Below are positions 52,963-64,000 of a stretch of 64,000 bases of DNA, piece by piece. This stretch comes from Eledone cirrhosa. Its lineage: Eukaryota. Each line of letters opens with the position of its first letter. The stretch's first letter is position 1. Under the pieces are notes generated by a model. That model was not told the DNA's origin. It was given only the letters and a program-made list of their open reading frames with translations, and did no database searches. Location: positions 183,644,001 through 183,708,000 of the forward strand of contig OZ024740.1 of NCBI GenBank assembly GCA_964016885.1. The letters run 5' to 3'. The translations under genes were made by a program, and so were the position numbers.

Positions 52963-54173
52963 TGAGGTACACTCAAAACGTTTTGAGACTTTTTTTTATT
53001 TCAGGCACTTCTAATTGCCCTATGCAATTGTCACAGTAATGCATCCTTGATATGGTTTTAATAATCTAACATGTCAAATCATTTATTTTCTAGTTTGAAG
53101 GTTCGGGTCCCTACAGCATTTTAAACACTACCCGTCATACACAACTTGTCGCAGCTGACTGGTTCCACAGTGTTTGTGTCAAGATCGGTAAAAATGCTAC
53201 AGAAATCTATGAAATGGTCAAAACTTCTTACGGACTAACTTTCATGAGACGGGCGACTGACATAAGATGTACCAGGAGGGCAGATAAGCGATAGCGAGCG
53301 GTCCGACAGGGAGAGGGATATCAGGACGCGAAAGCTGGTTGTTAAAATCGCAACTTTCTGGACGCCGGCCGTCTTCCATCTCATGTGATGAATACTAAAT
53401 AATTTGAAGTGGCAGTGTAATTCATGATGATCTGAACATGTGCAAAGTTTGTGATAAGTTTGTTCCCATGGTGCTCAATAAAGATCAAATGCAGAGGCGC
53501 GTTGATGGCAGCAGATAGATGGTCGAGTGAATCGCTTTGAATCCAAGTGGCCCTGAGTCGCTGGTAACCTGTGACAAGAGCTGTGTCTACTGTAATGTCT
53601 CCAGAGACCAAGATACACAGCTACGAGAGAAAAGAATCTGACTTCCCAAGATACGTGAAGGCCAGACAAAGTAGATCCACTCGGAAGTTCATGATGACCC
53701 ATTTTTCAACAAACACTGAGTGCATCATCTACATCCACTGGATTCCCCACGGGCAGACATTCAACAAAGAGTACTATGTAGAGATTTTGAGTCAGTTCAG
53801 AAGAGATTGCGCTGCAAGAGACCAGAACTCTTCAAGTATGGTCAGTGGTATCTGCAAAAGGGCAATACCCCCTGTAACTAACTATTTGGGCAGTATGGGG
53901 ATTATGATTTTTCTCAACCTCCTTACCGTCCAAACGTAGCGTCATGTGACTTCTGAATGTTTCCGAAACTGAAAACCTCAGGGTTATCCACTTTAAGGAT
54001 GTGGAACAGATGAAGGAAGCTGAGAGAAGCGCCATGGAAACTTTCAGGGACTATAAGGGGGCCTTGAAGGATGGGATGGAGTACTACAACAAGTGCAGTA
54101 AAGTTGGAGGATACTAGAATTTTGTATTGATCTGTGTTAAATAAATGTCTCTGATAAAAGTTTCAAAACCTGG
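52963..54173 (+). mobile_element. Mariner (Tc1/mariner) DNA transposon, decayed
   Basis: CVKIGKNATEIYEMVKTSYG, LVTCDKSCVY, KARQSRSTRKFMMT, HWIPHGQTFNKEYYVEIL, PPYRPNVASCDF*MFPKLK; residual TIR gttttgagactttt / aaaagtttcaaaac; about 1.2 kb in TA context. Confidence 0.9.
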
Positions 54174-54203
54174 TATATCTATCTATATATCTACGCATCT
54201 ACA

Positions 54204-54258
<55 letters not shown>

Positions 54259-54807
54259 ATATATACATGTAATTCTATTTATTTACTCATTTAATCTGCA
54301 TGTATTCCAGAAGTGTAGGAGAGGAGATCTATCATGTATAGAACATCAAGTTATTCTATTGTCCATTCAGCTATTAATCTATTTAATTACACGTGAAAAT
54401 AATCGCAAGATCATTCTTGCGAATTCATTATCGCATACTAATTTCTGAAAATCACTTCCTTTATTACACACAAAAATATTCAAAAATAATAATGAAAGAA
54501 AAAATTGAAGTTTCGTAATTCAAGAACATTAATTTTATAGCCAAAATTATTTGAATTTTTCAAGAATTTAATTGAGCAATATATATAATACAAATGATAC
54601 TTTCATTAGCATTTGTTTGAAATTTTCTTAAGCATAGAATGAAATTAATACGAGTTTATACATACTTTCACACACTGACGCTCACAGACACTTGTATATA
54701 TGCCCGTATATATATATATATGTATAAATACGTATGTACGTATATATGAAAGTCTATGTATACCTGTGTGTAGTTGTGCATGTATGTATTTATGTAATGT
54801 ATGTGTG

Positions 54808-54838
<31 letters not shown>

Positions 54839-55199
54839 GTCTGTGTGTTTATCTATGTATATCCTAATTATCACCATTTGCCTTCTATTTTTCGAATTTG
54901 CATGGGTTTGACGAGTTGTCACGTTCTGTGGCTAGACCGGTCAGCTAAACATGTTCTGCTGAAGCATTAAGCTTTGGACATGACTTTTATGCGTGGATGC
55001 TCTTTTCAACTACTTTACTGTTTGTACTCAGAGCATTTTCTCATGACACAATCACTACAAGATTACAGCGTGGACTATATATAAAATATATAGAACACCT
55101 TAACAACACAACTCTACATATTATGGTTAGTAACAACATCACACCTTGACATCTAGAGGCCGCTGTTAACACCAGCTGAACTAATATGTGTAACAACAG

Positions 55200-56140
55200 A
55201 AGCCTCCATAGTGGAATAAAACATCTTCTTCACCAAAAACAATAAACTCCCCACCTTCTATCATCTTATCAAAACACATAAAACAGAATCCAATTTAAAA
55301 ATGTAACCCATTGTTTCTGGTATGAACTGTCCTTTCTATAACATTTCCTGGCTTTTTCCCAGACTTTTGACACCTCCACTCTTCCCTATCCCCAGATACG
55401 TACACAACTCACAAGAAGTAGTAAACACACTAAAATAATTTGAACCCATTACACTTGGACAGAATAGATACCCATTTAGATTGGAGGTAGTTTATCTCAA
55501 CATCTCTGTCACAGCCTCCCCGACCATCGACTTTATTACGGACATCATCGCCTCTACCGACCTCAATCGTTTTAGGCAGATTGCTACTGACATCCACGAA
55601 CTGCTTTCTATCATCATGTACAACATATTTTTCCAGGTTGAACGGTCTGTGTACAAACAAATCTGTGGACCTCCGAGGGGATTGAGTATTTAAGACCTGC
55701 TGGCCATCACGCACATGGATTAGTTGGAGCGCACGCACTCAACATCTGCCGCTCTTGCTCTGTCTACACCAGGTACGTGGATGATATCCTTATACTAACC
55801 GTATCACGTGAACATGACGTCAAGATCTACAACTTTGAATATAGAGACGAACACGTGAAATTTGAGGTTGAACAACCAGACACCACCGGATCCCTCTCTC
55901 TACTCGTCTTTACCATAAGTGACTGAAAGAAGGGATCAATATATACACTAAAAGTGACAGTCCATATGCCTGCAGAGACAGTTTGTGCACCACGACTCCG
56001 CCGTTTCCTACAGAGCCAAAATGGCCTATAAACGGAATGAGATCTCCTGGATACGCAACAGATGCAGCGACAGACAGGCATACGAACATGGTGGAATTCG
56101 AAAGAGATCTTACTGAAAACGGCTACTCTAATTCTCTAAC
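55200..56140 (+). mobile_element. Decayed PLE RT of a further family (Penelope/Poseidon-like)
   Basis: LPTFYHLIKTHK, PIVSGMNCPFYNISW, YVHNSQE, VYKQICGPPRG, YTRYVDDIL, VKFEVEQPD..GSLSLL, with stops and frameshifts. Confidence 0.85.
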
Positions 56141-57362
56141 CAAACACCGAAATGGTGAACTTGTGTGTACTCATGCAACATTTTACATAGAAGGCCAAGA
56201 AAAACGAAGAGAGAGAGCTTTACCATGGTTGTTGAAGAAATAGTGAGAGAGAGATTTACTTTGATTGTGCAAGTAAAAGAGAGAGAGAGGGGGGAGGGAG
56301 CGACATAGATAAAACATCAACGTTGTTGTCGAGGACGAACTGAGTTGAAACTTCGATATGGTGACTCAAGAAAAAAGAGTAAGAAAGACTTTCTACTCAG
56401 TCATCAGAGTGAGATTGAACAATTGAGGGATAAGAGTGAAAGTGTTTGTCCGTGTTTGGACAAAAGAGACAGTTCAACTTGCAAAAAAAGAAAACAAAAT
56501 CCGTTAAATCTCCATCGGGCACCTCTAACGACTTACTTAAAATTAGAACGGCAATTGGAATATGTAGCCGGAGATACATTATATCTGAACCAAAAAAGAT
56601 CGATAACTGTAAGAATTAACGTTGGGTAAACAATAACTAAAGCAGTTCTTTATTGAAATTGCAAAGGCGTTTTAAAGGAATTGAAAACAAAGTGAGTAAA
56701 CTACTTCTATAGACAGGAAATATTTCAGGCTTTATCTGATTATATCTCTACAGAGTGTAAATTTTTGTTTTATTTCTGGAAATCACTCTCTATGACATCC
56801 TAATAATTTTGAAAGTAATCGAGTATTTGGAATGATTTAGTAATATAATTAACTTCCCCATAATTAAGCTCGTATTTTGAAAAATAACTTAAATGTCTTT
56901 TCATAAAAATATAATGGAAGGTTTTTAGCGAAATACAAATATTTAAAATAATAAGTGTTGTATTCTAGAACCAGCACCGGTTGTGGTTTGGTATGGACAG
57001 GGTTATGTGTAACCCACAAAGGTTTACTGCTCACACACCAGGAACAGTTGCTGCATTCCCCCTCTTTTGCGCACACATGACTCTACCCACGAAAACATTA
57101 TAGATTGCGTTGGAAAGTCAACTTGCTGATTAACAGATTCTCTCCCGAACTCCTCATCTTCCTCGAGAAATTCACATATATATATTTTGACCTGACCTAT
57201 CTTCGATGAATCTCCTATAATTGATGAGGCCATCTTGCAGCTACATTTATAATTACATTTGTTGCTGATACTTTACCTTGATTGTTGCTTTTACTGATAA
57301 ACACATCTTTGTTCCTCCCTCAAGTTTGCATGTTCTTCATAAACTCCAGACCAACATTCTGT

Positions 57363-57720
57363 GGCTGTAGCATGGCCAAACAATTAAGAAGTTCGCTTCC
57401 CAATGAAAAGGTCCTGGGTTCGGCCCCATTTAGTACCATCTAACGCAGGTATAAGTTACTATGGTTTGTGTCAATATAAAACTTGGTGAGTGAAATTGGG
57501 TAGATGGAACCTGAGCTGAAGCGCGCTGGTTGGTTTTCAACCATAATTCCGAAATACAGCCTTGTCAAACACCATGCCACGCTGATTCTACGCGTTTATT
57601 TTATTAGGAATACATGTGTCTGTGGAAGACTCGGCTTGTTACAAGCTAATTCAATGAGCAAGTAGTTCAGTTTGAAAAACTGAATACTCATAGTCAAAAC
57701 CAACGGAGATCCATTTATGT
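57363..57720 (+). mobile_element. Old tRNA-derived SINE
   Basis: ttaagaagttcgcttcccaa...ctgggttcggcccc head, ttggtgagtgaaattgggtagatggaac body; reversed relatives near 46270-46410 and 60590-60745. Confidence 0.55.
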
Positions 57721-58027
57721 ACTTTTTCTAAGACGACAGAAACCATCAATGCATTTTTTTCAATCACTGTCTCATCTACCCCATTAAAAGTTCAGCCCCT
57801 TTAAACACGCAGGATTTATGCTTCAACTTCCTTAATCAGACAGAGCATGCTCCATACCCATCTAATCATGCCAACCGAATCTCGTCTCACTATACAAACC
57901 CTATCCAAATCCTTCCTCCTGAGAAATGAAGATCGGTGCAATTTTCCTGATTCCTTCTACAGATGAACCAATATATTTACAACTGCATCAACATCGCTAG
58001 TTCTTAATAATTTATAAAATATAAACA

Positions 58028-58068
<41 letters not shown>

Positions 58069-59229
58069 AGAGTTTAGATTATGGTCTTCTGCGCGAAAGA
58101 TATGTACAATCAAATATTGTCTTCTCCACATTTACTTCAGGTTATGAAAGCATAGATTAAGGATATTAAGATTCCAACCATTCTGTCTGGACACTTATAC
58201 TTTATAAAATGTTAATATTTAACTGATATAATCAAATGTTATTGCCAAAATTACACTATTTCTAAATGGACGGTTCGCCCTAACATATGTCTACTTATCT
58301 GCAAACATGACTAACTCAGTTCTTGTTTCAATGCATTAGTTTTATCAACAGACGCATCCCGAGATGTTTGGAGGAGCTGCTTTGTTATCTAAAGAAAACA
58401 TTCCTGACATTTCTGGAGTCAGTGTGACTGATTTGTCAATTGAGGAACATGGGAGCACCCGGCTGTTCCTTTTTTTTAATGCTTTTGGCTAGTTATAGTA
58501 ATGCTACACGTCTGTTAGGTTGTTTTCGTTGGTAAAACAAGTCAATTGAACCCAAGAACTGAATTTAAAATGGCAGATTGCAATTAAATAGTAAAAGGTT
58601 GGGAAGAAAACTTCATTTAGAAATAATAAAATTTGGACAACCTTTGAATTTTATAAAATGAATTTTTGTGAAATTAAATAAATTTATATGATTGGTAAAA
58701 TTCTTTTGATTACTATACAATTAACCGTTTTGATATCAACTTGCCTTAAACAGCATTCATTTCATTGTGAAAAATTCGTTTTACAATGTTCATATTAAAT
58801 TTAATCATTCCCTACATAATTTTATCTAAGACATTTTAATAAAGTTATGTTCGAAACACCAGCTTGATTCATGTTTACTTTTACTAAATCCCTTAAAATA
58901 TTGGAGTTCTTTTAAAAGATAAAGAAAAAACAAAACCATACCTAACATGATTCATTAGAAATATGACAATGAAAGGGTTATGTTTATCATTTTATTTAGT
59001 TATGGGACATATATCTCACGTCTAACTCTCAACTATTTTATCAATATAATATATAATTTAGCTACAATTACGTATGACTGACACATCCATCATCATTACT
59101 GTCTCGTAGTAACAGCTACGGTAGTTGTATATCCTGTCTGTTCTCTTTGAATGTCCATATATTTAACAATAGAATATTGGAATAATAAAAAATATTCCGA
59201 AATAATTATAGTGTTGGACAATGTTATTT

Positions 59230-59370
59230 AACCCCAGCTCAGCCGTGATCGAGCAATCTTGTCATCAAAGGCTTTCCGACCATTATAACCTCCCGAGTGC
59301 ATGATGTGATTTGAAGGAGATTTAGCTGCTATTTCGGGCAGATCGAGGGACAACATTAAAGTTTCCTCAT
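59230..59370 (+). repeat. Dispersed repeat with gatttagctgctatttc core
   Basis: The same core occurs at about 45395-45460, 46435-46495 and 60895-60950. Confidence 0.6.
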
Positions 59371-61699
59371 TAATGGTGATGATAATAGTTATGACAGTGT
59401 AAGTGACGGTAGATGTAGGGAGCGTTTGTAACGAAGACAAACATATCGGTAGCTTCATATTATGACTATGGGTTGTGTTTCTAGTGTAAATGAAGGTCTG
59501 GATCATACAATAATATCATACATCAACTGCATGCAAGCGATCCAAGGAGGAATTCAGCATAAGCAATATTTTCTCATCATCATTAGCATTTTCTTTTTTC
59601 TGCCAGTCATAATTGTGCGTGTATCAAATAGGCTAGTGAGTCGCGCACACATAGTTCTCCTCCATCCGTGTTATTTATATTCCAGTACTTCATACAGAAA
59701 TAGGCATGTCTATGGATACCAGAATAGGGAAAGATATTAAAAAATGAATTATATAAATATATTGAGTCACTTACTTAAAACAAACGGATAACGAAATTAT
59801 ATTTCCAACAAAAGTGGATGAACCCGATACTAGGCTTGTTATTTTATTTAATATTTGGAAATATTGGGGCGGTATATTGGCTTTATCCGTAGGATATCGA
59901 ACAACATGCATTGTGATTTAGAGTTACCGATCTTTACGTTCGGAGTTCAAATCCCGCCAAAATTAGCTTATATTAAATATACTGTGGTATATTTAATCAT
60001 CTTTCCCTCCGAAATTGTTGGCCTTGTGCCTAATTCAGAAATTATTATTTCGAAATATAGATGTGAAAATTCACTGAGACATTAGTAATTAACAATATTA
60101 TATTAACTAGAGATGTGTTTCTCCTCTAGAGAAATTGTCTTACACATTGACAAAGTTCAAATATTCTATCTGGTTTGATCAAACCAACAAGTGAAGCGGA
60201 GTACCATTATTCTACTTCAGGCAAGTATCACCAAATCTTCTGCTGAGGATCAACTTCATTCAATTATCTTTCTAATAATTTCGAAATCTAATTTCAAAAC
60301 AAAGATCTCTAATAATGGAGATGCCCCCTGCCAAATGGTAAAGCATCATATTAAATACATATTTATTTATTCAATTTTATATTATATTACAGTTAGTGAG
60401 TAATAATGTTGGAAACACGTTTCTAATAAACCAATCACAAGTTTATTGCATCTCTGATGATGTGATTGGCATGTAACATCCTAACGGACTTTGTTTAAAG
60501 ATCACATTTACGGCTGCTTGTTTCATATTGGCGAAAGACACACACGTATATATATATATATATATATATATATACAAATTATATACACAACAGGCTTCCG
60601 CACAATTTATCTTCTCCAGATATCATTCACAATGCTTGGATCAAACCAAAGCTATTACATAAGGCATTGGCTGTGGAGTTTAACATGATACCTACCTCAT
60701 TGTGGATGGAATCTCCTTATGGCACTTATTCATGTAGCCATGCGTAAAAACGTATTTAGTTGTTGGTATTTTTATTTTTACCCTAATGTGGATTTTTCAA
60801 GACAGTCAAGCCATAACCACCACTGTTTTCAAGAATAACACACTTCTCGATTACATTATTGAACAGATGATATTTTAAAGTCAGTAGCGTGCAGTTTGAC
60901 GGAGATTTCTCTACTATTTCAGATACGCCAATTAATAAGAGAGAGAGGCTCCAATATTTTATTTTTCTCTATGTTCTAGGTTTTTAAATTTTTCTTGTGG
61001 TAAATATTCTTTCCGGCTTTATGTAATCGATTATTACATGGGTTTTGAAAGGGTTCGATTTTGTTGACTAAATCACCTCCTATAGAAATCTGTGGTTTTC
61101 AGTGAATGAAGAAATCAATAATCCGAAAGCTTCTACTTCTTTTCTTCTGTAAGAAACAGTTTGATAACTGAGAAAAATCTTGACATTTATTCTTGTCATT
61201 TTCATGAAGATGCGTATAAATACTAATAAGCAAAAAACAAAACAAAACACACACACACACACACAGACACGCACACGGTTACGACAGCGCTGACAAATTG
61301 ACTGCTTCCTTAGAGCACCCAATAAAATATTTTGCAGCATGTTTTCTGATACGGGGTTTCGATTTTAAATCTCACCGAGATCTAATTTGCCTATTATCCT
61401 CTCGGAATCGGTAAATCATGTATCAGTTAAGCACTGGTATAACTTATCCTTCCATTTTTGTCTTTCTTCTTCACTATCTATTTTCGCTTCGGAATCGGCT
61501 GCATTGCGAGGGATCACCCAGTGAGTGCCTTTCTCCAGAAATAACGAGGAGATGAGTAAGGCGCTAGCAGTCGCCTCTATTAGAAAAATAACATAACATA
61601 GGCAACTGGAAGCATCCAAGGTTGGACTGTACAACACCGGATGAAAATAATGAAATAGAGGAGAAACAATTATGAAAGCAAATTAATACTACCTGAGTT

Positions 61700-62025
61700 A
61701 TGTCTCACCATATTGCAGTCAGCTTTGGTGATCTTATTCGCGCCAGACACCAATCTGGTAATTTTCTCAGACCCACAAAGTCTAGGCTTTTTAAAGGCTG
61801 CCTTTATTAGCCTCATCGTAGCTACATCACTGGGTTGGGAGTTTTCTTAGGAGCTAATGATGTTACCAATTGCACCATCTCCCCTAGTAGTTTATTACTG
61901 TTGATCCGGAGTTGTTTATTCGTCCGACAGGTGCCCGCTTATATAACAACTAGCCATCCTATCTGGTGGCCGAATCGCTATCCGCCAACTGCGATCCGAG
62001 AGACTCTGCCCCTACGACACTCCTG
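61700..62025 (-). mobile_element. Possible RTE-like LINE 5' UTR remnant
   Basis: Minus strand cagttggcggatagcgattcggccaccagatagg...gaataaacaactccggat resembles RTE 5' UTRs; from recall only. Confidence 0.4.
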
Positions 62026-62517
62026 AAAGTAATAAGTGGGCAAAGAAGAAAATTCATATTACGGTTTTATATAATTATTGAAGTATGTAGTATGATCAAT
62101 CGATGTGATGCTGAGAAGATTCTTGAATTGCTTTAGATCGTTGAATATTGCTAGCTGGTACCTATTGCATATTAGCAAGAAACCATGGTGTGGATTTAGT
62201 TTCATGGTTACTTACTTCCCTACCTTTGTCGCTCTCACATACACAGTTATGCCTTCAGAGTTCTAACAGACACAGGGAACTAGAGTATCAGAGAACAGGT
62301 CATGATTGATGTACGATGAAAGGCTGTGGTATATATGACACGTATTTCTAAAGAATAATAAAACAATTTTTTTTTGCTGTAACGGGGTAGGGGAGGTTCA
62401 GATATTTCAGATCAAATACTACCTAGCAAGTACAAGAAAGGAATATATACATATATATATATATTATATACGTATATAAGTATGTGTGTGTGTATGTAAA
62501 TGTATATATGTATATGC

Positions 62518-62548
<31 letters not shown>

Positions 62549-64000
62549 AACACACACATACATACAGATGTATAGATGCATTCGTGTTTGTGTCCCCGCA
62601 TCAATGCGTGTATGTAGGCGTTTGTGTATGTGAACATATGTATCTAAACGATTCACTTTCATTACGTGTTTTTTGGAATTTTGTTATGTTCAAACGATAA
62701 ATAGAATTTTGTATCCTTTTTCTTCTTGTTCCTACTGTTCTTCCCCTCCTCCTACTGTAGCCAACTGTACGTTTATTGTATATAGTTTTTCTGTGTGAGT
62801 TTGTGATATGTGTATTATTTTACATACATGCGGCTATTAAATGTATTGTAATCTTGAATCTGTATATGTTCTCGCATGTAATATGCATATATATATATAG
62901 AGAGAGAGAAAGACATGTGCACATGAGTGTATATATGTCTGTAATCGGCTGCCTTTTATATAATTGTATTACACCATAGACTGTGTATATGAATATAGGT
63001 AACTATGTGTATGTATTTATGTATGAATTCATAAACTGAATTCCCTTTCACAAATGTATCGTTTATGCATAGATTTTCGCAAAAGAAGTTAAATGTGTTT
63101 TTAAAAGTATTAAGATATGAACAGAAAGGGAGACAAAATGATGAGGTTTTTGAACAACGTGGGCAGAGGATATGGGGTACTCTACACCGTAGCTGCACTC
63201 ACGGGGATCTTTTATCTGGCGAAACGCACATCTCCCGACTTTGAGTAAGAAAAATTCAGCTCAGGGACTGAGGACGCAGGAGGTCTGTATAGCCACCGAC
63301 ACGAAAAGGAAGAGATCAGTCAAAGCACGGTATTTGTTTATCTCCGCCACACTGAAGTGTCATGTAATGCTCGTGAATGTGCTTAACTATTTCAGCGCCT
63401 TAACCTCAGCCTCACTATTAGTTGTAACAATTCTATGCGTGTCTCGATTCGTCTCAAAGATTTTCGGAAGGCAGCACTGTTATTCCCTTGTGATGTGTAT
63501 AATTGAGTGAGCATGTCTTCTCCCGTTATTTTCCCTCCTTCCTCTTCTATTATTATGATGTATTTATTGATGTGTTTCTTTTGTAAATCATAAACATTAT
63601 ATAATTTAATACATACCATTAGCTTCCCAGCTTGGTGGGCTGGATCAATGTGAGATGCTGGAATATGAGACATTGACACTTCATCTAACAATCTCAAATA
63701 CTATCAAATACATCGTTTGTGATTCCCATTATTCCTATTACGAACTATAATTGAACTTAATATGAACTTAATTGTTTAAATATCTTAGATGAGTTACTGT
63801 TAATATGATTATAATTTGTTAGATCAAAGTTGTTTTAATATTTACATCTACACTATATTTCCATTGGTTGATCTCCGTTTGTCATTCTGTTTAGTAATCA
63901 GGCAAGTGTGGATGCGTATAGTCTCCTAAGCTGGACTTGAAGTAAAAATCCATATTTTTAAACCAAGGGTAGTACAGTTCTAATCCAGACAATGTCCAAT

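Noticed and set aside
56345-56697. 94-aa ORF and GTGAGT donor after a GA-rich tract, possible first exon
   Set aside because: Non-ATG start, no recognisable motif, no downstream exon identified
60454-60490. CTGATGA hammerhead half-core
   Set aside because: No GAAA or helix III follows

Overview
Eukaryotic, very AT-rich, repeat-dominated DNA; the SINE types and (TA)n/(ATC)n load suggest an octopod cephalopod (inference, not searched). No host protein-coding gene is recognisable, and the many 'YIYIYI' ORFs are (TA)n artefacts. Bases 1-25.9 kb are a nest built on long (TA)n tracts. It holds five ORF-bearing copies of two related Penelope-like retroelement (PLE) families (RT plus C-terminal GIY-YIG; one ~790-aa ORF is open), with inverted pseudo-LTRs that carry minimal type I hammerhead ribozymes. 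Between them lie at least five unrelated non-coding units of 320-670 bp, each present as slightly more than one head-to-tail monomer. Three of these carry a readable hammerhead core on their own (one with a U3-A8 compensatory core, one with an upstream octamer, one with an upstream CCAAT/E-box/CHR/E2F cluster). This is the best candidate system: a community of retrozyme-like, probably circular-RNA-derived parasites mobilised by the PLEs into (TA)n. A decayed near full-length L1/Tx1 LINE occupies 25.9-31.1 kb. The remainder is ordinary intergenic or intronic DNA with SINEs, RTE remnants, a decayed mariner, older PLE relics and small inverted-repeat elements. All RNA structures were folded by eye.
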